Below, in pieces: positions 49,050 through 59,062 of a stretch of 64,000 nt of DNA. The stretch lies in NCBI GenBank assembly GCA_023145375.1, contig JAGLDY010000007.1, forward strand, positions 4,391 to 68,390, read 5' to 3'. The stretch is from Candidatus Sabulitectum sp. GTDB lineage: Bacteria > Fermentibacterota > Fermentibacteria > Fermentibacterales > JCC-6. Under the pieces are notes generated by a model that worked only from the letters and a program-made list of their open reading frames with translations, had not been told where the DNA came from and ran no database searches. Each line of letters opens with the position of its first letter. Position 1 is the first letter of the stretch. Made by a program: the position numbers and the translations under genes.

Positions 49050-51500
49050 ATGTATTCAGTTACACCCCAGAAGACAGGAGTTGTACAAGCCGTGAAAACT
49101 CTTTTATCCATCTTTTTATTCTGTGTATTCCTTGCCAATGCAGGGGAACTGACAGTATCGGTTCCATTTGACGGGACTCAGCTGAGTATTGCCAGAGAGG
49201 GTCTATATACAGCTGTTTCCATCCACGGTATGCCCAGCATGTTCACACCGGGAACTCCAGCTCTGCCTGTCATGCCGGTTCGAATAGCTCTCCCCACCGG
49301 ATGCTCTGCAACCGGAGTGGAAGTTACTGATGAGAGCTGGGAGAATCTTTCCGGCCGGTATGAGATCCAGCCGTCCAGTGGTTGTGTCCCTATATCTGCT
49401 GGTATTGATCATGTACAGGCTGAACCGGATCAACATATCTACTCCAGGAATTCATACTTTCCGGAGTTACCTGCTGTACTTACAAGTTCCAGTGTCTACT
49501 GGGGAATTCCTGTTGCTTACCTGAGCGTTCACCCTGTGAGATGGAACCCTGCAACAGGGAATCTTCAGGTATTAAACAGTCTTACTCTGAGTGTTCAATA
49601 TGAAGAGGATGAATCCACAAGACTTGTGAGCAGAAGAACACAGGCCAGTGAAGACATGTCTATGGAAATATTAAGCAGACTTGTGCTGAACCCTGAGGGA
49701 GTAAGCGGCTCCGGTGCACAGATAGTTGCTCCCAAAGATCTTACCTATGGTCAGTATGTGATCATTACCCACCCTGACTACCAGTCTCAGGCTCAGGAGC
49801 TTGCCGACTGGAAAACAGCAAAGGGCATACCAGCCAGCGTTTACACAACAACCTGGGTTGAGGCCAATTACTCATTCACCGATCTTCAGCAGGAAATGCG
49901 TGCTTTCCTGACCGACTGCAGAGATGATGGTACAGACTATGTGCTGATCTTCGGTGATGACGACAAAGTCGGATGCCGTGATGCCCTTCTTGTTGGAAGT
50001 GCCAGCTACACGGAGATAGCTCCTGCTGATCTCTATTTTGTTGATATCAATGACACAGCTCCTGGTGCCGATCTATGGAACTCAAACGGCAACGCTATCT
50101 GGGGTGAAGTTCCCTATCCATATCAGTATCCACAACCTGCAAGTTATGACCAGGTTGATTACCACCCTGACCTCTGGGTTGGAAGGGCCAGCGTAAACTC
50201 AGTATCCGAGGCGGACATCTTCCTGGACAAGGTATTCATCTATGAGAGGATCCAGTCCGTGGATTACTTTGAAACTGCTCCCATTGAACTGAGAATAGGT
50301 TACACAACTGGAATTCTCTGGAGTTCCCCCTACATTCCCGGCAGTGCTGATGCAGAGTCTATCTCGACTTTCATCCCGTCTTCAGCATGGGAGGAAGAGA
50401 AGCTCTACGAATCCTCCGGCACCAACAACTATCAGAACACCATCAACATGATAGATGCCGGTCCTCATCATGTCTTCCATGCAAGCCACGGGAATATTAC
50501 TTCCATGTGGACATCTGCCAGCAGCAACTACACCACTGCACACATCATGGCTCAGACCAACATATCCAGTGGTAACCTACCAGCCATCTGGCAGTCTATT
50601 TCCTGCCTTATCGGCCACCTGGACGGAGCTGAATGCTGTGCTGATGCCTGGCTTAATTCACCCGATGGGGGAGGGTTTGGAAACTTCAACAGCCGTTACG
50701 GCTGGGGCAACTTTGCCGGGCCGTGTACCGGGCCCAGCGAGATGCTCTGCATAAGGTTTTACCAGGACCACTGGCAGAATGACATCTACACCCTTGGAAT
50801 TGCCCATGGTACCAGCATGGATTACTACAGCCCGCCGGACAGTATCTACATGGACTGGTGTCTGAAAGAGTACAACCTCTTTGGTGACCCGGAACTGCCC
50901 ATGTGGACAGAGGATGCGGCTGATCTTACAGTATCTCATGCTTCATCCATCAGCGGTAACACTGTTGTGAACTTTACGGTCACTTCAGGTGGAAATCCTG
51001 TTGAGAATGCCAGGGTCTGTATCCAGAAAGGAGACTGGAAAACCGGTGAGACCTACGTTGTGGGTTATACTAATGGATCAGGTCAGGTCAGCCTTTATGC
51101 AACACCAGCCACCACAGGCACAATGGGTGCTACTGTGTGGGCAAGAAACCATATTTCCTATCAGGGAACCATCACAGTTACCGGTGTAGGTACTGGAGAA
51201 GCTACCGCACCCGTGCCTGTGACAGAAAACAGGTTCAGTCCCCTGAGCCCCAACCCCGCTATGGAAACAACCTCGCTCTCATTCAGCGTTGCAGCACCTT
51301 CCATGGTGTCACTTGAGGTTTATGACCTTGGTGGACGCATCGTTACCACACTTGTTAGTGAGCAGATGACCGCAGGTGAGCACAGTGTTCTCTGGGATCT
51401 CTCTGATTCCAGCGGAAAGACTGTCCCAGCCGGGGTTTATCATGTGAGACTCAATACTACCGAATTCTCCGAGATCAATTCGGTGATGGTGCTCAGATAA
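49050..51500 (+). CDS. Gingipain-like cysteine peptidase (family C25) with a T9SS C-terminal sorting domain, paralog of 40100-42478
   Basis: Collinear with the first paralog (YVLIFGDDDKVGCRD, HASHGNITS, SISCLIGHLD). The C-terminus FSPLSPNPAMETTSLSFSVAAPSMVSLEVYDLGGRIV...YHVRLNTTEFSEINSVMVLR is a T9SS CTD. An alternative GTG start 39 nt downstream (MKTLLSIFLFCVFLANA signal peptide) is possible. Confidence 0.85.
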   Translation: MYSVTPQKTGVVQAVKTLLSIFLFCVFLANAGELTVSVPFDGTQLSIAREGLYTAVSIHGMPSMFTPGTPALPVMPVRIALPTGCSATGVEVTDESWENLSGRYEIQPSSGCVPISAGIDHVQAEPDQHIYSRNSYFPELPAVLTSSSVYWGIPVAYLSVHPVRWNPATGNLQVLNSLTLSVQYEEDESTRLVSRRTQASEDMSMEILSRLVLNPEGVSGSGAQIVAPKDLTYGQYVIITHPDYQSQAQELADWKTAKGIPASVYTTTWVEANYSFTDLQQEMRAFLTDCRDDGTDYVLIFGDDDKVGCRDALLVGSASYTEIAPADLYFVDINDTAPGADLWNSNGNAIWGEVPYPYQYPQPASYDQVDYHPDLWVGRASVNSVSEADIFLDKVFIYERIQSVDYFETAPIELRIGYTTGILWSSPYIPGSADAESISTFIPSSAWEEEKLYESSGTNNYQNTINMIDAGPHHVFHASHGNITSMWTSASSNYTTAHIMAQTNISSGNLPAIWQSISCLIGHLDGAECCADAWLNSPDGGGFGNFNSRYGWGNFAGPCTGPSEMLCIRFYQDHWQNDIYTLGIAHGTSMDYYSPPDSIYMDWCLKEYNLFGDPELPMWTEDAADLTVSHASSISGNTVVNFTVTSGGNPVENARVCIQKGDWKTGETYVVGYTNGSGQVSLYATPATTGTMGATVWARNHISYQGTITVTGVGTGEATAPVPVTENRFSPLSPNPAMETTSLSFSVAAPSMVSLEVYDLGGRIVTTLVSEQMTAGEHSVLWDLSDSSGKTVPAGVYHVRLNTTEFSEINSVMVLR

Positions 51501-51518
51501 CAACAATTGTTCTGAATG

Positions 51519-51550
51519 CCCGGGGAGGCAGATCCCTCCCCGGGTTTCCA
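51519..51550. terminator. Bidirectional terminator hairpin between the convergent C25 peptidase and GGCT-like genes
   Basis: CCCGGGGAGG cagatc CCTCCCCGGG (perfect 10-bp stem), followed by TTTCC. Confidence 0.5.
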
Positions 51551-51577
51551 TATCTCTACGGGAACTGGGAATTGAGA

Positions 51578-52066
51578 CTACCTGTAAATTGAGAGCTCCC
51601 GATCCCTTCTTTTAGAATCGGTGTCTGTGATGGATTTAACAGCTTTGATGCTTCCGATGTATTCTTCAGGCATTCCGTTCTCTATTGCTCCTTCAATAAC
51701 ATGCTGTTTGTACCAGTGATATGGCATGAGAGAGGAATCAATACTGGTGGCATAGTAAGTAAACGCCTCGTACGACCTGTCATCGATCTTCACGGAAACA
51801 TTCTTGATGTCATAACCTGAACCAAGACCCTCGATGATGTCGAGAATAGGTTTTTGTGATTCTGTAATATCATAGAGTACACCTAGAACAAAGTCATCAG
51901 GGTGTCCGGTTTCCTTGATGTCGCATTTGGCGCTTCCATCGGTTTTGCTTAGCTTGTGAAAACAGAGCTTGTGATCGGAAAGCATGGCCACACCTATCTT
52001 TGAAGCCCTGATCCGTTGGAGCAACCGTTTCTCTGACATATTTGAGCCAAAGGAAAAATAAAGCAC
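51578..52066 (-). CDS. Gamma-glutamyl cyclotransferase-like (AIG2/GGCT family) protein
   Basis: VLYFSFGSNMSEKRL matches the GGCT YFAYGSNM N-terminal motif; the overall fold is about 160 aa. GTG start with GAGGGG upstream. The ORF-track ATG at 52123 would add a hydrophobic extension. Confidence 0.7.
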   Translation of the reverse strand: MLYFSFGSNMSEKRLLQRIRASKIGVAMLSDHKLCFHKLSKTDGSAKCDIKETGHPDDFVLGVLYDITESQKPILDIIEGLGSGYDIKNVSVKIDDRSYEAFTYYATSIDSSLMPYHWYKQHVIEGAIENGMPEEYIGSIKAVKSITDTDSKRRDRELSIYR

Positions 52067-52151
52067 AACACCCCTCTTCGCTCTAAAAATACAATACACA
52101 AGTCCATAAAACACACCATACATATCATAAATTATTTGATCTTCTTTGTCA

Positions 52152-52960
52152 TCACCTTACCTTAACGGCTGTTCCGTGATCCCCGTACCAGTATTTCTTT
52201 GCGGATCTGTTAAAATGCTCAAACGGGATGAAGAGACCCAGGAACCCCCGGAGAAGAATAGGGGAGTAGTGCCAGTCCCCATGTTTGTCGAATTTCCGTG
52301 CGGAGGTTATTGCCCTTGCAGAGTGAAGTTTATCAGCTTCTGCTTTCTGGAGTGTCCAAGTTGTTTAAGATTCATTGGGAATTGAACATCCTCCGCGAAC
52401 AACACCTGCTTATCATAACCGCCGGTGGCAATGAAATCTCTCTTGCTGCAGAATACCGCGTCTGTATCAATTCCGGTTATCCACAGCATTGGTACCATAG
52501 CCCAGTAAGAGAGAGCAATCCCGGGAGACATCCTTTCCATTCTTATTCCGGTAGCTCCGCCTATGATCCGGGGCTTGAAAGCGCATTTTCAACTCCATTG
52601 AATGTGTCCGGATGGATCAGGCTGTCTGCATCTACGAACATCAGTATCTCACCCAGGGTTGCTGCAACGCCAGCATTGCGGGAAGCGGCAATGATCCGTT
52701 CTTTATCGTCAGCCACAGATCGCTCTGTCCAAATCCATTTTCTGTATTCCCGAAATAGAGAGAATCACCGTCAGAAGTTGAATAGAGTTTACCTGTACAA
52801 TAGTCTTCGTTTAGTTGCTGTCCTGTATTCTGGAATCAATAGGGTTGTAATTCCCCTGCCTGGCAGAGCAGAACCAGAGAGTGTTGTCAGAGAACCGTCC
52901 AGATGGAAGCTGTCTTTCTGCACTACCAGATGCCTCAGAACACCCTGTTGCAAGGAAAAT
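52152..52960 (-). pseudogene. Degraded family-2 glycosyltransferase gene with multiple frameshifts and an in-frame stop
   Basis: Reverse-strand pieces in three different frames read as one GT2: ITTLLIPEYRTA; then ADDKERIIAASRNAGVAATLGEILMFVDADSLIHPDTF (DxD); then IIGGATGIRMERMSPGIALSYWAMVP...DTDAVFCSKRDFIATGGYDKQVLFAEDVQF (GGF-DE/ED motifs); then ITSARKFDKHGDWHYSPILLRGFLGLFIPFEHF...KKYWYGDHG. Frame breaks lie near 52307, about 52575 (a CCCCGG run) and about 52740. The 63-aa lipoprotein-like ORF 52811-53002 may be a further degraded neighbour. Confidence 0.45.
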
Positions 52961-53214
52961 ACAGGCTATCAGGCTTGTAGAAAGTACAGTGGTTTTACAC
53001 ACGGAAACCTGTTATCACTCTAAAACCAGTGAAGTATCCCGTCTAGTATTTCATCTTAAGATAAAACAATGTACCCGGATAAGAAATCCTTACTGCTTGT
53101 GGGACATCTACTGAGAAAATGGTTTTGGTACAATGTTTTCCTTGTCCTCTTCTTCCTTGGAAATGTGACAAAGGAATCTATTTTTGTTAAATTGAGAGGA
53201 ACAGGAGGTGAAGA

Positions 53215-53652
53215 ATGATCCACAGAGGGGTTGTGCTGGAACTTGATGACGGGAACGCGAAGATCGTTGTTGGAGGAGGTGAAGGCTGTAGCAGCTGTGC
53301 CTCAAAGGAAAGCTGTGTGTCTATTACGGGAACAAGCCCTGAAGAGAAGATAATAGTCACAGAGAATGTGCTTGGTGTTGCAGTTGGTGATGTGGTCGAA
53401 CTTGAACTTCCAGTGGCTATAACCATGCGGATCATTGCTTTGACTTTTCTGGTACCTGTGGCTCTTTTGTTCGTCGGGTACTGGATAATGATGCCGGCTG
53501 GGGTTACCCAGGGGGCAGTTGGAGCTATATCCGGGCTCCTTATTGGAATGGGAATAGCTCTGGGTGCAAACAGAACCCTGGGGAAGCGTTCAGACTACAG
53601 AATGAGAATGACAAAACTAATTGCCAGGTGCAGTGAGGAAGTGGAAAAGTGA
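53215..53652 (+). CDS. RseC/MucC-family (SoxR-reducing system RseC-like) small membrane protein
   Basis: N-terminal soluble domain with Cys cluster (GCSSCASKESC) and G.V......G.A.V pattern, then two TM helices, the characteristic RseC_MucC topology. AGGAGG RBS. Confidence 0.7.
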   Translation: MIHRGVVLELDDGNAKIVVGGGEGCSSCASKESCVSITGTSPEEKIIVTENVLGVAVGDVVELELPVAITMRIIALTFLVPVALLFVGYWIMMPAGVTQGAVGAISGLLIGMGIALGANRTLGKRSDYRMRMTKLIARCSEEVEK

Positions 53653-55082
53653 AACAGCTGGTTCAGAGAGCGGTTGAAATTCTCAATGACATCGGTGTAG
53701 ACTATGGTGATGTCCGGGCGGAATTGATCAGAACGGAAAATACAGACTTCCGAAATGCAAGACTGGATGATTGCAGAACAGTAGAGACCGAGGGAGTGGG
53801 GATCAGGGTTCTGGTTGGGGGAAGCTGGGGCTTCTCTGCATGTACAGGTATGAACAAAGACGATGTTGACGCTGCTGTGGAAAGAGCCGTGGACATTGCA
53901 AGAGCTGCAGGAAGCAGGGGAAAGGTCGAGCTTGCCCCTCTGGATATCCAGCAGGGAGTGTACTCCGGACCATGTGAGATAGATCCCTTTGAAATATCCC
54001 GTGAGGATAAGATAGCCCTGCTTCATAAAGCTTCAGACGAAATGATGAAGGATCCGCGGATCAAAAACAGTTTTGCACAGTTGTGGTTCGAAAAGCGTGA
54101 CCGGATAATAGGTTCTACCCGTGGAGACCTTATAGAGACAGATCTTGTCTTTTCCCAGCCTGCCCTCATGGCCACAGCTGTGGCCGGTGGTGATGCCCAG
54201 AGCCGAGCGCTTCAGGACGGAGCTAGAATTGCCGGCTGGGAATGGATAGAGAAGTCAGGAATAGGATCATGGGGCGAGAAAGCCAGAGAAGAAGCTCTTA
54301 TGAAGGTTCTTGCAGACGAGAGCCCATCAGGAGAAATGGATCTTATTCTTGATGGTCTTCACCTGGGTCTGACAATGCATGAATCAGTTGGTCATCCCAC
54401 AGAAAGCGATCGTGCTCTCGGTTGGGAAGCGAATATGGCTGGAAGAACTTTCCTTGACATCAGCCATCAGGGAAATCTTCGCTACGGCTCGGATATGGTT
54501 AATTTTCTAGCAGATAACACGCTGCCTTACGGTGTAGCTACCTGGGGCTGGGACGATGACATGGTGCCCGGAAAAAAATGGTACACAGTCAAGAACGGCA
54601 TTTTTCAGGAATTCGGCTCTGTTCGTGAGACTGCGCTTCTCATGGGAAAGAAAACAAGCACCGGATGCTGCAGGGCCATGAATGCCCAGTGTTTCCCTAT
54701 TAACAGACAGCCCAACTTCTATCTGGAACCTCCTGAGAATGGAGTTACTCCAGAGGACCTTGCTTCAGATATTGATCACGGGATCTGGATAGAGGGCAGG
54801 GGATCGTTCTCCATAGACCAGAGGAGAGAGAATTTCCAGTTCGGTGGGGATCTTTTCTGGGAGATCAGGAATGGAAAGAAGGTCAGACCGCTTAAAAAAG
54901 TTATCTACAGAAGTAGAACACCTGAGTTCTGGGGCTCACTTGACGGGATAGCAGACAAAAAATACTTCCGTACAATGGGGCTTCTTACCTGCGGTAAGGG
55001 TGAACCAATGCAGTCCGCCCGGATGACCCACGGAGCAAGCTACAGCCGATTCCGGGGCATTGAAGTTGGAGGTGGCAAATAA
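53649..55082 (+). CDS. tldD: TldD family metallopeptidase
   Basis: HESVGHPTE (HExxxH zinc motif), a GxC-containing C-terminal region and overall TldD/PmbA fold. GTG start overlaps the rseC-like stop. Confidence 0.88.
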   Translation: MKQLVQRAVEILNDIGVDYGDVRAELIRTENTDFRNARLDDCRTVETEGVGIRVLVGGSWGFSACTGMNKDDVDAAVERAVDIARAAGSRGKVELAPLDIQQGVYSGPCEIDPFEISREDKIALLHKASDEMMKDPRIKNSFAQLWFEKRDRIIGSTRGDLIETDLVFSQPALMATAVAGGDAQSRALQDGARIAGWEWIEKSGIGSWGEKAREEALMKVLADESPSGEMDLILDGLHLGLTMHESVGHPTESDRALGWEANMAGRTFLDISHQGNLRYGSDMVNFLADNTLPYGVATWGWDDDMVPGKKWYTVKNGIFQEFGSVRETALLMGKKTSTGCCRAMNAQCFPINRQPNFYLEPPENGVTPEDLASDIDHGIWIEGRGSFSIDQRRENFQFGGDLFWEIRNGKKVRPLKKVIYRSRTPEFWGSLDGIADKKYFRTMGLLTCGKGEPMQSARMTHGASYSRFRGIEVGGGK

Positions 55083-56362
55083 TGACAAAGCAGGAAATGC
55101 TTGAATTTGCAGAGGCTGCGGTGAAAGCTGCCGGTACGCTTGACGCAGTTGCTGTACTTACAGAAAGCAGAAACGCATCGGTGCGATTCGGGCAGAACCG
55201 GATAACCCAGAATCTGGACGTTTTCAGGAGAGAACTACAGCTTACTGTGGGTGACGGTGAGAAGCAGGCAACGGTAAATTCCCAGAAGATCGATATAAAT
55301 GCTCTGCCTGGTATAGCATCTGAGGCCAGGGGTCTGCTTGCAACTTCAGTCCCTGATCCGGAGTATATGTCACCTGTACCCGAGGGGCAGGTGTATCCGG
55401 TGATCGAAGATGCCTGGGATGAATCAACTTCACAGTGCCACGCGGCACCGAGAATGGAAGCGGTAGGGCTGGTAATTGACACCGCTGCAGAGAACGACCT
55501 GCTGGCTGCAGGTATCTGTAGAATGGGTTACGAGAAAATAGCCCTGGCTACTTCCACAGGGAATCTTGTTGCCCACCGGTCAACTTCTTCAGGACTCTCC
55601 TTTACAATGGACAAAGGACTAGCGTCCAGTTACATAGCACTTAACGGAACTTCCTGGAGTGAATTGAACACAAACTCAGCTATCACCTCGGTTACTGAGC
55701 AGGTCAAGCTGGATGAAGGCGCAGAAGAGCTTGAGCCGGGAGACTACAAGATCATCCTGGAACCCCAGGCAACCTGGAACCTTCTGATGTTCCTGCCCTG
55801 GGTAATGAGCGCGCGGGCAGCAGATGAAGGAACTTCTGTTTTCAGCGGTATGGAAGGTAAAAAGTTGACCGGAGAAAACTTTACACTTTCATCATCCCTG
55901 CTGGGGGGACGGCCGGGCAACCCGTTCAATGGAGAGGGACTGCCTGCTGAAGACGTTGTGTGGTTTGACAGGGGTATTCTCAGGAACCTTCCATGCGACA
56001 GATTCACCGCAAAGAAAACTGATAGACCTCCATTTTTCGTACCTGATACTGTTGACATGGCTGGTGGTCATGGAACCGTTGAAGACCTGGTGGCCGGTGT
56101 TGACAGAGGAATCCTCATAAGGAGATTCTGGTACATACGATTCGTTGATCAGAAAACCCTGAAGCTTACAGGGATGACCCGTGACGGAGTTTTCCTCGTA
56201 GAGAATGGCAGGATCGTAAAACCGCTGAAGGATTTCAGGTGGAACTGGCGTCCACTTGAGCTGTTCTCCAATATGCTTCGTGTGGGTACCCCTGAGAGAA
56301 AAGCAGCTGGAATGGTGCCACCTGTTGTCTTCAGTGAACAGCACTATCCCTTTACTGATTAG
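55082..56362 (+). CDS. pmbA: PmbA/TldE family protein (TldD partner)
   Basis: TldD/PmbA-family fold without the HExxxH motif, typical of TldE/PmbA. Start overlaps the tldD stop (TAATG). Confidence 0.85.
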   Translation: MTKQEMLEFAEAAVKAAGTLDAVAVLTESRNASVRFGQNRITQNLDVFRRELQLTVGDGEKQATVNSQKIDINALPGIASEARGLLATSVPDPEYMSPVPEGQVYPVIEDAWDESTSQCHAAPRMEAVGLVIDTAAENDLLAAGICRMGYEKIALATSTGNLVAHRSTSSGLSFTMDKGLASSYIALNGTSWSELNTNSAITSVTEQVKLDEGAEELEPGDYKIILEPQATWNLLMFLPWVMSARAADEGTSVFSGMEGKKLTGENFTLSSSLLGGRPGNPFNGEGLPAEDVVWFDRGILRNLPCDRFTAKKTDRPPFFVPDTVDMAGGHGTVEDLVAGVDRGILIRRFWYIRFVDQKTLKLTGMTRDGVFLVENGRIVKPLKDFRWNWRPLELFSNMLRVGTPERKAAGMVPPVVFSEQHYPFTD

Positions 56363-56390
56363 GAAATGCATATGGAGAGTTTCGCTGTGA

Positions 56391-58883
56391 TCAACTGACT
56401 CTTTGTCTGATCTTACTGGGGCATTTGTTGAGATTCTCCAGCAGTTGAATAAGAGCCGGCAGGAACAACAGGGCGCTGAGCAGTGTTGAAGCAATTCCCA
56501 GCACAGCAATGTGACCTATTGACCTGAGTCCGGGGTGGGAGCTTAAAAGGGAGCCTGAGAAGCCTATCATTGTGGTTACAGAGGCCATTGCAACATGTTT
56601 TCCAGTTGAGCCAAGCACCTGTCTTATCGATCCGCGCCCCAGCTCCATGTACCTGTGAACAATGTGTACTCCTGCATCATTACCGATTCCCAGCAGAACC
56701 GGCAGAACTATCATGTTGTAGAAATTCAGTTTTACTCCTGCTATCTCCATGAGCAGGAATGTCCACAACATGCCGGCGACCAGCGGAACAAGCGCAAGAA
56801 GTGTAAGTTGTACATCTCTGAAGTTCAAATACATCAGAAGAAGAACAAGAATAAATGTTGCCGATATTATCCAGGGGCTTTCCAGTTGAAGCAGTCTCAG
56901 CATTTCTGCAGCTACCAGGGAAGTTGAAGTAGAGTGGTAAACTGTACCATCTGCCAGTTCAACGGACCCGATTGCTTCACTGAAAGCAATTGAATTGCGC
57001 CCATCAGAAAGACCCTGTTCAGGATATATCATTATGAACGATCCAAGAGTCCCGTCCCTGGAAGTAAACATGTCTGTGAGATAATCAGGAACATCTGACA
57101 GTTGAACTGGTTCAGTGGTCTGCGAAGCCTCTCTCAGCCTTTGCAGGTCCTCATTGTCGCTGAGTTTAAAGAGGGGGCTGTCCAGCAGTTCGCGGATCTC
57201 AGCCAGGCGTGCAAGTCGGGTGGCTTGTGTTTCGGGATCAGTCGGGAATCGTTCCTGAAGAGCCTCTACTGAGAGAATCGTGGTATCACTGTCTACTCTT
57301 GATCTCAATTGCTCAAGAAGGGGCTCAACGTCTTCAGGGTCTTCAATAAGAATGAATGCGGGATTTCTGTAGTTTGAAGTGGGGTATACACGGCTTATCA
57401 CCTGGTGCCTGTTCTCATATTCTTCAAAAACAGGCTCAAGGGTATCAAAATCATACTCAAATGTAATGTTCGGGGTAAGGACAACTGCAGCGACAACTGT
57501 TACCAGACTTAACACTACGACGGAAACAGGGGCTGGAAAAGGTTTTCCCCCATTCTTCTTTTTGTGTGGCGAAGCCGGTTGCAGCGAAAGAAGAAATGTT
57601 CTTTCAAAAACCACAAGAAGGGCAGAAAGTACGAAAAGCATTGAGATAAGTCCGAAGATGATCCCGGTGCACGCAATGAAGCCAAACTCCGAGAACCCTT
57701 TGAAATCCGCAAAGATGAGAACAAAGAGAGATATTGCAGTGGTCAGCCCTGCTATGGTTATAGCCTGTCCGGAACTCTGGAAAGTAGCAACAACAGATTC
57801 CTCAACGGATCTGCCCTCAGCACGCTCTTCAGAGTACCTGGCATAAAAGTGAATACCGTAATCAATACTGAGCCCGAAGAGGATCAGTCCAAGAATGGAA
57901 GTCATCATGTTAAGAGAGCCGTAGACAATCTGAGCAAGGCCGAAGGTCCAGAGCAGGGAGAGGATCAGTGGAATTCCGATCAAAGCAGCTATTACAGGGA
58001 TCCGGGTTATCAAAAGGAGTATTGTCCGCAGATCATTCTTTTTTTTCGCCTTGGCATAGTAGGCTTTTACAAAGAAATATCCGGTAACCAGCAGCAGAAT
58101 TACAACCACGCCCAATCCGAAAGAGCTGGTAACCTCATCGGTTATTGCATTCACCTCCACCATCTGTCTCTGCAGGCGGCCACCCATGACAATCTCCATG
58201 TCAGGTTGATAGGACTGAGGTTCCAGAACAGAAGACAGAGAGTCCAGCATGGCAAAAGCACGCTGAATGTATCCAATATCTGTTTGTGCATTTGCCGGAT
58301 AAAAGCGCAGCACCATTGTCAGGCTGTCGTCTGAGATCGGATACTCCCGGGTTGCGACATTCTCGAAGAATGAGCCCATGCTCAATGTGGATTCATTTTC
58401 TTCCGATTGCATAAGGTGCTCAAGGGAGGTCATCTCAGCCAGGAACTCGATGAGGCTTTCAAGTTCCGAATCGGTAGCAAAGTAAAGAGCATTGCTCTTC
58501 AGGAATGAAATATCCCTGCGGTAGTCTACCCGGGTGAAATAGGGCTCTCCATCAGGTTGTCTCTGATCCAGGACCATTGGAATAAGGTCTTCTGCAAATC
58601 TCCTGTTGCTCTGAAAGGATAAGCTGGTGATAGCAACAGCTGCAGAGGTTTCTCCACCAACTGTTGTGCGGAGTTTCTCCATGGTCTGAACAGTTGGATT
58701 CTGTTCAGGAAGCAGGTTCGAGATATCAGTATCAATGGATAACTTGATGCTGCTGAAAAAGCCCAGTACACCAAGCAGTATGCCGATTGTAATGATCAGC
58801 ACAGGTTTTTTTACCGTGAAGACCACTAGAGGTCTCAGGGTGCTGAAGAGCAGATCAACCGGCGAGCGGTGTGGCTTACTCAT
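56391..58883 (-). CDS. MMPL/RND-superfamily exporter (12-TM, two large periplasmic loops)
   Basis: 830 aa with two groups of six TM helices (e.g. GLVVILLLVTGYFFV; LLVLSALLVVFERT; LTLLALVPLVAGMLWTFLLMEIAGV). This is the MMPL/HpnN-like or SecDF-like organisation. Confidence 0.85.
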   Translation of the reverse strand: MSKPHRSPVDLLFSTLRPLVVFTVKKPVLIITIGILLGVLGFFSSIKLSIDTDISNLLPEQNPTVQTMEKLRTTVGGETSAAVAITSLSFQSNRRFAEDLIPMVLDQRQPDGEPYFTRVDYRRDISFLKSNALYFATDSELESLIEFLAEMTSLEHLMQSEENESTLSMGSFFENVATREYPISDDSLTMVLRFYPANAQTDIGYIQRAFAMLDSLSSVLEPQSYQPDMEIVMGGRLQRQMVEVNAITDEVTSSFGLGVVVILLLVTGYFFVKAYYAKAKKKNDLRTILLLITRIPVIAALIGIPLILSLLWTFGLAQIVYGSLNMMTSILGLILFGLSIDYGIHFYARYSEERAEGRSVEESVVATFQSSGQAITIAGLTTAISLFVLIFADFKGFSEFGFIACTGIIFGLISMLFVLSALLVVFERTFLLSLQPASPHKKKNGGKPFPAPVSVVVLSLVTVVAAVVLTPNITFEYDFDTLEPVFEEYENRHQVISRVYPTSNYRNPAFILIEDPEDVEPLLEQLRSRVDSDTTILSVEALQERFPTDPETQATRLARLAEIRELLDSPLFKLSDNEDLQRLREASQTTEPVQLSDVPDYLTDMFTSRDGTLGSFIMIYPEQGLSDGRNSIAFSEAIGSVELADGTVYHSTSTSLVAAEMLRLLQLESPWIISATFILVLLLMYLNFRDVQLTLLALVPLVAGMLWTFLLMEIAGVKLNFYNMIVLPVLLGIGNDAGVHIVHRYMELGRGSIRQVLGSTGKHVAMASVTTMIGFSGSLLSSHPGLRSIGHIAVLGIASTLLSALLFLPALIQLLENLNKCPSKIRQRVS

Positions 58884-59062
58884 TACTCACCTGTTCATGT
58901 TGGTGAGCCAGGTATAGAATAATACCTACAATAGGTGGACGAAATGACGTAATTATTATACCCCCAGGAAATAATCATATTTTGTATTACAGGCCTATTA
59001 TAACGGCTGGGAAAGACAAGAGGTGTCTTTAATTATAGCTGGAAAATGCAGGGAAACGGTGT

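Noticed and set aside
52298-53023. 241-aa plus-strand ORF between the GGCT-like and rseC-like genes
   Set aside because: Low-complexity product (Ser/Arg/Leu-rich) antisense to recognisable GT2 fragments on the minus strand. Interpreted as a by-product of the decayed-gene region. The related small ORFs 52146-52385 (+) and 52307-52540 (-) are fragments of the same pseudogene locus.
56391-58883. Hopanoid-transporter (HpnN) interpretation of the MMPL protein plus the nearby radical SAM genes
   Set aside because: No squalene-hopene cyclase or other hpn genes are in the window. The MMPL family assignment is kept generic.
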